Assembly: GCA_902796125.1 (NCBI GenBank)
Contig: CADBNT010000064.1
Coordinates: 698 to 64,697, forward strand
Origin: an uncultured Erysipelotrichaceae bacterium
Lineage (GTDB): Bacteria; Bacillota_I; Bacilli_A; RFN20; CAG-826
Direction: 5' to 3'
DNA length: 64,000 nt
The translations under genes and the position numbers were made by a program. Numbering within the stretch: the first letter of the stretch is position 1; each line of letters begins with the position of its first letter. The notes under the pieces are model-generated. The model had not been told where the DNA came from. It did not search any database and saw nothing but the letters and a program-made list of their open reading frames with translations. Below, piece by piece: positions 57,695 through 64,000 of this stretch.

Positions 57695-58150
57695 ATGGAA
57701 ATGGCAATCAAATTAGTATTAAAAGAAGGAACAACTTTCGACCTTTATTTTTTAAATGGAAAAGTTAAAAGATATGACATCCTTTGGCTTGCCAACAAGT
57801 TTCCTCAACTTAATGCACTAAAAGATAGAACACTATTTGAACAAGGTAAACTTCCTGGTTGGGGTGGAGTTATTTGGAACGATGAATTAGATATCTCTAG
57901 TGATACTGTTTACGAAGAAGGAATTGATGTAACTAGTGAATATGATGACATTAGCAATGCTGTACTTGGTTATAAAATCAAACTTAAACGACTTGAAAAA
58001 AGACTATCTCAAGAAGAACTTGCAGAGAAAGTTGGCATCGATCAATCAGATCTATCAAAGATAGAAAAAGGCAACGCGAATCCATCGCTCAAGATGATTT
58101 CCCGCATTGCCAAAGGCCTTAATAGTAAGGCTTATATTGATATTAAATAA
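57695..58150 (+). CDS. DUF2442 domain fused to a C-terminal XRE-type HTH
   Basis: N-terminal ...LYFLNGKVKRYDILWL... is DUF2442-like. C-terminal LGYKIKLKRLEKRLSQEELAEKVGIDQSDLSKIEKGNANPSLKMISRIAKGL is a Cro/C1 HTH. It begins 3 nt after the DUF4160 stop. Confidence 0.6.
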   Translation: MEMAIKLVLKEGTTFDLYFLNGKVKRYDILWLANKFPQLNALKDRTLFEQGKLPGWGGVIWNDELDISSDTVYEEGIDVTSEYDDISNAVLGYKIKLKRLEKRLSQEELAEKVGIDQSDLSKIEKGNANPSLKMISRIAKGLNSKAYIDIK

Positions 58151-59200
58151 TTATTTCAATAATAGAATTGAATCTTCATTAAAACTAATCGATTTAATTT
58201 TTGATTCATCTAATTTAGTATCTTTAGTCACTAACCAAAGAACTTTTGGAGTGTCTTCTTTTTGATTTTTAAATCTAAAGCGAACTAGATATTCAAATGG
58301 TTGTTCCACCACTTCAACATCTTTGACTTCACTAGAGAAGTCTCCTCTGGTTAAAGAGAAGTTATGAGCTCTTATTCCAATATAGGATATATCTTTTGAT
58401 ATTTCTTGTTTGGTTTTAAGTTCTAAACCCCATTCAGGAATATAGATGTGATGAGAGTCTTTCACTTCACATCTAACATTATTCTTACAACCGGTTAAGA
58501 TAGCCGCGGATAAGTATTCTGGATTCTTAAATAATTCTTTTGTTGGTTTAGAAACAACAACTGAACCTTTATCTATAATAGATGTCTCATTAGAGAGAAC
58601 ATATGCTTCATCTCTATTATGAGTTACTAAGATGACATCTTTCGCGAACTTAGATAAGAATTCTTTCATATCCATTTCTAGTTTAGTTCTAAGATGTTCA
58701 TCAAGTGCTGAGAAAGGTTCATCTAAAAGGATGATCTCTGGATCAGCAACCATGATTCTTGCTAAAGCAACTCTTTGAGATTGTCCACCACTTATCTCAT
58801 CTATCTTATGTTTCTCAAGTCCTTCGAGTTGGAAAGACTTAATAATTTCATTAACTCTATTAATCTTTTCTTCTTTAGATAATTCTTTACTAGAATGAAG
58901 TCCAGTCATGATGTTTTGATAAACATTCATATTTGGAAATAAGGCATAGTTTTGGAACATATATCCAATATGTCTTTTTTGGGGAGATAGGTTGATCTTA
59001 TTTTCTGAGTCAAATAAGACTCTTCCATTTAGTTCAATATATCCTTCATCTGGTTTAATAATGCCTGCAATACACTTAAGTGTAAGCGACTTGCCTGCTC
59101 CGGATGCGCCTAAAAGGGAACGCACTCCACCTTCATTAGAAAAATTCACATCTAGTTTAAAGGAGCCAAAGTCTTTTTTAATACGTACGATTAAACTCAT
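58151..59200 (-). CDS. modC: Molybdate ABC transporter ATP-binding protein with a C-terminal TOBE domain
   Basis: Walker A GASGAGKSL, signature ISGGQSQRVALAR, Walker B ILLDEP, and an extra roughly 120-aa C-terminal beta domain. 349 aa. Confidence 0.75.
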   Translation of the reverse strand: MSLIVRIKKDFGSFKLDVNFSNEGGVRSLLGASGAGKSLTLKCIAGIIKPDEGYIELNGRVLFDSENKINLSPQKRHIGYMFQNYALFPNMNVYQNIMTGLHSSKELSKEEKINRVNEIIKSFQLEGLEKHKIDEISGGQSQRVALARIMVADPEIILLDEPFSALDEHLRTKLEMDMKEFLSKFAKDVILVTHNRDEAYVLSNETSIIDKGSVVVSKPTKELFKNPEYLSAAILTGCKNNVRCEVKDSHHIYIPEWGLELKTKQEISKDISYIGIRAHNFSLTRGDFSSEVKDVEVVEQPFEYLVRFRFKNQKEDTPKVLWLVTKDTKLDESKIKSISFNEDSILLLK

Positions 59201-59871
59201 AACTTCACTCCTTTCTCTTTACCTTCAAAGATGTTGATGGCGATAAGTACGACTGCAGAAATTGCAATATTGATGCCAACCCAAATTAAAGCGACAGTTT
59301 CATTACCGTTATTCCAAGCATTCGCGACAGTTGTAGAAATAGTCGCGGTTGTGTATGGGGAATAACCAATTAACATGGAAGTCGCTCCATATTCACCTAA
59401 GGCTCTAGCAAATGCTAGAACTGTTCCAGCAATAATTCCGTTCTTACAATTAGGAACTCTTATTCTCCAAAAGACATAATGATTAGATAAACCAAGTGTC
59501 TTTCCAGCATAGGCTAAATTCTCATCAAAAGATTCAAACGCTCCACGGGTAGTGCGGTACATAAGTGGGAATGCTACAAAAGCGGCTGCTAAGACCCCAC
59601 CTTTCCAGTCCATGAAGAATCTAATACCCATTTCAAGAAGAAGCGCTCCAAGAGGATGTTTTGGACCAAATATCAAAATGAGAATATAACCACACACTGT
59701 TGGAGGAAGTACCAAAGGTAGAGTTAATATAACATCACATATTCCCTTTGCTACTTTTGGCAGTTTTCTAACAAAATACGCAAGAAATAAACCCGTAAAG
59801 AAAATGATTATCGTTGCGATTAGCGCAATTCTAAGCGAGTTCCATAAAGGGAATAAGTTAAAATCAGTCAT
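59197..59871 (-). CDS. modB: Molybdate ABC transporter permease
   Basis: 224 aa with 5-6 TM helices and the EAA-like loop AFARALGEYGATSML. Confidence 0.8.
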   Translation of the reverse strand: MTDFNLFPLWNSLRIALIATIIIFFTGLFLAYFVRKLPKVAKGICDVILTLPLVLPPTVCGYILILIFGPKHPLGALLLEMGIRFFMDWKGGVLAAAFVAFPLMYRTTRGAFESFDENLAYAGKTLGLSNHYVFWRIRVPNCKNGIIAGTVLAFARALGEYGATSMLIGYSPYTTATISTTVANAWNNGNETVALIWVGINIAISAVVLIAINIFEGKEKGVKL

Positions 59872-60701
59872 TATTTCTTGTTTAAAGCCTCTACTAATTT
59901 ATCTTTTAAAATGCTAAATGAAGTAATCGCACATGGATTACCATCAGGTACTGCTAAAGCTACTTTATTTTCAAGTAGATCGATTCTAGTTTCGTGATAG
60001 ATAAGATTCTTATCTTCATTATCTAAAGCATTCATTTGCTTTTGACCAGCAGATATAAATAAATCACAATCTCCTACCGCGCCATTTTCAATTTGAGTTT
60101 GAAGAGCACCGGAAGAGCCATAATTCATAGTTAATGTTATATTGCTATGACTTGCTTCATAAGTAGACTTAATAGAATTAAGTGTTTCAGTTAAAGATGC
60201 TGCTGCATATATTTTTAATTCAACATTTCTTTCAACTTGAGCAGTTTCACTTTTAGCTTCACTTACTCTAGAGAAGCCAACACTTTCAAATACACTTAAA
60301 GCTGCTTCACTTTGTAAATATGAAAGAAATGAAACTGAAGCATCATAATTTGAAGATAACTTTGTTACTGCAGCAGGATAGATAACTTGCCCACACATTT
60401 CTTTGGTGGCAGTATCCACGACTTCAAGCTTTGCAGAAAATGCATCAGTTTGATAAATAATACCTGCTGAGACAAGTGATTCTTTGACTTGGGAAGTGAC
60501 TTCTTTAACGTCTTTACCATAGGTAATTAGACCAGCATTTGCTAACTTAGCTTCATCAAGTTCAAAGTACTTGAGAATCTTTTGGGTATATTGCCCAACT
60601 GGAACACCCTCTCCACCCATCGCTAAACAGGTGAATTCTTTTGCACCGCCACAAGAAATAAGTAATGGTAATAATGAAATTAAAGTGACACTTTTTTTCA
60701 T
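59871..60701 (-). CDS. modA: Molybdate-binding lipoprotein ModA, apparently circularly permuted
   Basis: Lipobox LLISCGG. Residues about 25-150 align to the C-terminal lobe of canonical ModA (GEGVPVGQY...AGIIYQTDA...VIYPAAV...GF). Residues about 160-276 align to the canonical N-terminal lobe (KIYAAASLTETL...YGSSGALQTQIENGAVGDCDLFISAG...VALAVP). Confidence 0.7.
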   Translation of the reverse strand: MKKSVTLISLLPLLISCGGAKEFTCLAMGGEGVPVGQYTQKILKYFELDEAKLANAGLITYGKDVKEVTSQVKESLVSAGIIYQTDAFSAKLEVVDTATKEMCGQVIYPAAVTKLSSNYDASVSFLSYLQSEAALSVFESVGFSRVSEAKSETAQVERNVELKIYAAASLTETLNSIKSTYEASHSNITLTMNYGSSGALQTQIENGAVGDCDLFISAGQKQMNALDNEDKNLIYHETRIDLLENKVALAVPDGNPCAITSFSILKDKLVEALNKK

Positions 60702-61643
60702 TTATTTATCCTTTCTTGCGCAGTTTGATACTTCTCCTCTAAGAAGTCCAATCGCATGAGGCATAGCATCCATAAATACATCCATCGACTCCATACATGC
60801 TTTTGGAGAACCTGGAAGATTAATAATTAATGTTTTCTTTCTTATAACAGACACTCCTCTAGAGAGCATCGCATGTTTTGTATATTTCATAGATTCCGCT
60901 CTTATAGCTTCAGCTATTCCAGGAGCGTCTCTATCTTTAACCGCTAAAGTGGCTTCTGGAGTTTGATCTCTCATAGAGAATCCTGTTCCTCCAGTAGTAA
61001 GCACTAAATCAATTTGTCTTTGATCAGCGAGTCTCATTAACTCTTTCTTAAGTAGATTAGGTTCATCAGGAAGAAGAATTTGTTCCACTACTTCATAGCC
61101 TTCGTCTTTTAGACGTTTAGCGATAGTAGGTCCACTTACATCTTCTCTTTCTCCTTTAAAGCCAGCATCGCTTAAAGTGATAACTGCTGCTTGAAATGGG
61201 AAAGGTGATTCTCTTTCAATCTTATTTATTTCCATATCCGGTTTAAGTTCTCCTTCCTTAAGCACACGAGCAAATACTCCTAAGCGAGGCATGATGCATT
61301 CGCCCATCTTGTAAAAGATTGCGCAATGATCATGACAAGATTTACCAATCTGAGTTACTTCAAATAAAACAGAACCAGCTTTTAGCTGTTCCCCTACTTT
61401 GATATTTTTTAAATCAATACCTTCAGTAATTATGTTTTCACCAAACGCTCCAAAGGAGACATTCGCGCCTTTTTTATTAAATTCATCAATATCTTCTTTG
61501 GCTAAAAAGGATACTTGACGATGCCAATTACCGGCATGTGCATCACCAACAATACCGTGATTTACTTTAAAGAAAGCTTTATTAACTGCTTCTTTTTGTT
61601 CGCCTTTTTTAGAAGATGTACAAATTGCAATTATCTTTCCCAT
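60702..61643 (-). CDS. MOSC-domain – MogA/MoaB (molybdopterin adenylyltransferase-like) fusion protein
   Basis: The N-terminal roughly 150 aa are MOSC-like (GDAHAG..WHRQVS...GENI.TEGIDL...C). The C-terminal half is MogA/MoaB (LVLTTGGTGFSMRDQTPEA). The track ORF starts 14 codons earlier and overlaps moaC; the likely start is MGKIIAIC at 61643. Confidence 0.7.
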   Translation of the reverse strand: MGKIIAICTSSKKGEQKEAVNKAFFKVNHGIVGDAHAGNWHRQVSFLAKEDIDEFNKKGANVSFGAFGENIITEGIDLKNIKVGEQLKAGSVLFEVTQIGKSCHDHCAIFYKMGECIMPRLGVFARVLKEGELKPDMEINKIERESPFPFQAAVITLSDAGFKGEREDVSGPTIAKRLKDEGYEVVEQILLPDEPNLLKKELMRLADQRQIDLVLTTGGTGFSMRDQTPEATLAVKDRDAPGIAEAIRAESMKYTKHAMLSRGVSVIRKKTLIINLPGSPKACMESMDVFMDAMPHAIGLLRGEVSNCARKDK

Positions 61644-61644
61644 A

Positions 61645-62112
61645 TTAAAATTTAAAGTCTCCTGATTTTCCGCCATGCTTCTCAACTAGATGGATATCTT
61701 TCATGACCATTCTTTTATCAACAGCTTTGCACATATCGTAGATAGTAAGTAAGGCGACACTTACCGCAGTTAACGCTTCCATCTCTACGCCTGTTTTGCC
61801 ATCACATTTAACATTAGCGATGGCTTTAAAGCCATTATCAAGAACTTCAAATGTTACTTTTGCGTTATTAAGGGCAATGTTATGACACATTGGGATTAAA
61901 TCAGATGTGCGTTTTGCCCCCATAATACCAGCGACTTGCGCGACGCTTAAGACATCACCTTTTTTATGCTTTTTTTCAATGACCATATCAAAGCATTCTT
62001 TAGACATGAAAATACTTCCTTCAGCAATAGCGACTCTAGAAGTTATATCTTTATCTCCAACATCGACCATAAAAGCATTCCCGTTATTATCAATATGAGA
62101 AAACTCTGCCAT
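61645..62112 (-). CDS. moaC: Cyclic pyranopterin monophosphate synthase accessory protein MoaC
   Basis: HIDNNGNAFMVDVGDK...GVEMEALTAVSVALLTIYDMCKAVDK MoaC signature. The likely start is MAEFSHID at 62112, because the longer track ORF overlaps the upstream gene by 77 nt. Confidence 0.85.
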   Translation of the reverse strand: MAEFSHIDNNGNAFMVDVGDKDITSRVAIAEGSIFMSKECFDMVIEKKHKKGDVLSVAQVAGIMGAKRTSDLIPMCHNIALNNAKVTFEVLDNGFKAIANVKCDGKTGVEMEALTAVSVALLTIYDMCKAVDKRMVMKDIHLVEKHGGKSGDFKF

Positions 62113-62113
62113 A

Positions 62114-63142
62114 TTAGTGACCTCCTTTAGCAAATCCACAGTTAGGGAAGGTACAGACTTCACAGTTAAGACAAAGTCCACCATTTCCAAGTGAAGACAT
62201 ATATTCTTTTGTTATTTTGATATCTGCAAGTATTCTAGGAAGAGCGATATCAAAGATAGTTCTTTTCGCATACATCACGCATCCTGGTAAACCAAGCACT
62301 GGTCGGCCATCTTTAGTATAACTAACTAAAAACATTGCTCCAGGAAGAACAGGCGCTCCATAAGTGATGATATCCACTCCAACATTTTTAATAGCTAAAG
62401 GAGTTTTATCATCTGGATCAACACTCATTCCACCTGTGCATAAAACCATATCAACACCTTTAGAAAGCATATTTAATATGGCTTCTGTAATTTTTGTGTG
62501 GTCATCACCTAAGATGACATGTTCTTTAAGTTCACAACCAAAAGCTTTTAATTTAGCTTCAATAACAGGGGTGAAAGCATCTTTAATTCTTCCCGAGAAT
62601 ACTTCGCTTCCCGTTGTAACTAAACCATAGGTTTTCTTTTTTAAAGGTACTACTTTCATAATAGGTTTATTACCTACTAAATCTTTCACCTTTTCCATTT
62701 TCTCTTTTTTGATTACTAAAGGAATGATGCGAGTTGCAGCTAATTTGTCACCTTTTTTAACAATAAAGCCACTTGCTCTAGTAGCAATCATCATCTCTCC
62801 AAACGAATTAACTTTATTCAATAAATCATTATCAACGAGAAATAAGCCATCTATAGCGGCAGTTAATTCTATCTTTCCTTCACTAGGTTCACTAGCAAGC
62901 ATATTATCATTTCCACATAAATCTCTAAGAATAGCTGCCGCGTCATTTTCATGAAGCATAGATTCATCTTTCTCAAAGATATAAATATGTTCTTTACCTA
63001 CACTAAGTAAGACAGGAATATCTTCTTTTTGGATAATATGACCTTTTTTAAAAACTGGTCCTTTAAATTTTCCAGGAATAATTTGGGTTATATCGTGGGC
63101 AAGGACTTGGCCCACAGCATCTTCTACTTTAATAACTTTCAT
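62114..63142 (-). CDS. MoeA-like molybdopterin-binding protein (short form, 342 aa, Cys-rich C-terminus)
   Basis: The MoCF_biosynth motif VLCTGGMSVDPDD resembles GG[VT]S[MV]G in MoeA, with an N-terminal MoeA_N-like region. It ends CLNCEVCTFPNCGFAKGGH. Confidence 0.55.
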   Translation of the reverse strand: MKVIKVEDAVGQVLAHDITQIIPGKFKGPVFKKGHIIQKEDIPVLLSVGKEHIYIFEKDESMLHENDAAAILRDLCGNDNMLASEPSEGKIELTAAIDGLFLVDNDLLNKVNSFGEMMIATRASGFIVKKGDKLAATRIIPLVIKKEKMEKVKDLVGNKPIMKVVPLKKKTYGLVTTGSEVFSGRIKDAFTPVIEAKLKAFGCELKEHVILGDDHTKITEAILNMLSKGVDMVLCTGGMSVDPDDKTPLAIKNVGVDIITYGAPVLPGAMFLVSYTKDGRPVLGLPGCVMYAKRTIFDIALPRILADIKITKEYMSSLGNGGLCLNCEVCTFPNCGFAKGGH

Positions 63143-63180
63143 AACAGGCTTTATTTTAATAAATTAAAAAATCTTGTCAA

Positions 63181-63262
63181 ATTAACGTCTTGGCGAACTT
63201 TGTTCGCTGTGCGCGCACCCGCGCGGCTATTTACCTTGAATAGCGCACCCACGTGCGAAAAT
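63181..63262. promoter_or_regulatory. GC-rich hairpin/palindrome cluster in the leader of the molybdenum operon (candidate structured RNA or operator array)
   Basis: GCGAACtttGTTCGC (63193-63207). Perfect palindromes GTGCGCGCAC (63209-63218) and CCGCGCGG (63219-63226). Bulged hairpin GCGGCTATT-tacctttg-AATAGCGC (about 63223-63247). CGCAC-ccac-GTGCG (63244-63257). Strongly GC-enriched relative to the flanking AT-rich DNA. Confidence 0.35.
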
Positions 63263-63327
63263 ATTTTTAAAAATATATATTTTCCTTAATTTTGTTCTAA
63301 AATAAGGTAAATAAAGAGGTAAAACTT

Positions 63328-63627
63328 ATGGCAAAGAAAGTTGAAAAGAAACCAGCAAAGAAAGCTCCTGCTAAAAAAGCACCGGTTAAGAAAGCCGCTC
63401 CAAAAAGCGATGGTAAATTCTATAGTGTTTCTAAAAACGCTGAATCTGGTAAATGGGAAGTTAAACTCGCCCAAACTAAAGGTGCAGCCGGTAAGGTTAT
63501 TGCAAAATTAAAAACAAAACCAGAAGCTGAAGAATACGTTGCTAAGCTTAGTGCTAATAGCGGACGTAAAGCTGTTATCCATAATTCAAAAGGCGCAGCC
63601 AAAGGCCGTGCCAAATCATTAAAGTAA
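63328..63627 (+). CDS. Small basic protein with an Ala/Lys/Pro-rich histone-like tail and a DUF2188-like core
   Basis: The N-terminus KKPAKKAPAKKAPVKKAAPK is H1/AlgP-like. The core KFYSVSKNAESGKWEVKLAQTKGAAGKV...AEEYVAKL resembles DUF2188. SD GAGGTAAAA lies upstream. Confidence 0.5.
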   Translation: MAKKVEKKPAKKAPAKKAPVKKAAPKSDGKFYSVSKNAESGKWEVKLAQTKGAAGKVIAKLKTKPEAEEYVAKLSANSGRKAVIHNSKGAAKGRAKSLK

Positions 63628-63631
63628 GTTA

Positions 63632-64000
63632 TTAACCTCCAATTTCGCTCATTAAGCGTTTGGAAGACGATTTCTTGTCTTGATTTAAGTGATGCTCTTT
63701 AGGTTTAAGGAGTATCGCTTTTTTTATTTCTTCTTTTAGTTCTTCGCCATGTTTATCTTTTAAATCAATTTCAAGAGAAGAATGTAGACATGGTTTAAGT
63801 TTTCCATCACTCGTAAGTCTTAGTCTTGAACATTTCTCACAGAATGAATGTGATAATGGAGATATAAGTCCAATTGAACCTCTACCGTCTTTAAATTTAT
63901 ATAATGATGAGACTCCATCGTCTTCAACCTTAACTAAATCAGATAACGATTCAATTACCTTGGAGTTGGAGATGAAGCTACTTCTGTCCATCTTCTCTCC
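63632..64000 (-). CDS. moaA: GTP 3',8-cyclase MoaA, C-terminal portion (5' end outside the window)
   Basis: ...CEKCSRLRLTSDGKLKPCLHSS... is the MoaA C-terminal domain. The ORF is open to the window edge. Confidence 0.75.
   Translation of the reverse strand, partial: GEKMDRSSFISNSKVIESLSDLVKVEDDGVSSLYKFKDGRGSIGLISPLSHSFCEKCSRLRLTSDGKLKPCLHSSLEIDLKDKHGEELKEEIKKAILLKPKEHHLNQDKKSSSKRLMSEIGG

Overview
This is an AT-rich window that uses the standard genetic code (TGA is a stop). It looks like a low-GC Gram-positive, Firmicutes or Erysipelotrichia-like chromosome, and is almost entirely minus-strand coding. In order it contains:

- **1–6.3 kb:** a partial flippase-like membrane protein, then a TetR-controlled galactoside module (GPH transporter, a GT28 MGDG-synthase-like glycosyltransferase, galK).
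- **6.3–11.6 kb:** two lipoproteins, one an 801-aa Pmp/beta-helix-repeat protein, plus an acyltransferase-3.
- **11.6–15.9 kb:** an ABC importer co-transcribed with an HTH-fused LicC-like nucleotidyltransferase.
- **16.1–29.7 kb:** Wzx/Wzy-dependent polysaccharide locus 1 (UDP-GlcA 4-epimerase, TagF-like, GT4s, Wzy, Wzx, PglD/PglC/PglE-like trio, an embedded HDG-type DNA glycosylase, ugd).
- **29.7–40.8 kb:** an integrase-less accessory island of candidate anti-phage modules. These are a DUF2971-like protein; a direct-repeat-flanked cassette (362-aa unknown, AAA_14/DUF4143 ATPase, 1003-aa metallophosphoesterase-P-loop NTPase); a SMODS/CD-NTase-like nucleotidyltransferase with an overlapping TM + beta-rich partner (CBASS-like); and a DUF262 + HEPN-motif pair (split GmrSD-like).
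- **40.9–53.3 kb:** polysaccharide locus 2 (GT2, FemAB-like, CE4 deacetylase, three GT4s, ligase/polymerase, Wzx, PglC-like transferase, acyltransferase-3). It carries two gene-decay scars: a GT2 N-terminal fragment, and an in-frame ugd::UDP-GlcA-epimerase fusion remnant whose two halves match the first and last genes of locus 1.
- **53.3–57.3 kb:** tRNA-Leu(UAG), an IscA-like protein with a His/Cys tail, a GH36 alpha-galactosidase, a tRNA-Thr/Val/Ile cluster, rpsI and rplM.
- **57.4–58.2 kb:** a plus-strand DUF4160/DUF2442-HTH pair.
- **58.2–64.0 kb:** a molybdenum operon (MoeA-like, moaC, MOSC-MogA fusion, modABC with an apparently circularly permuted ModA, moaA C-terminus) preceded by a GC-rich, hairpin-dense leader.

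I found no rRNA, CRISPR array, transposase or integrase.
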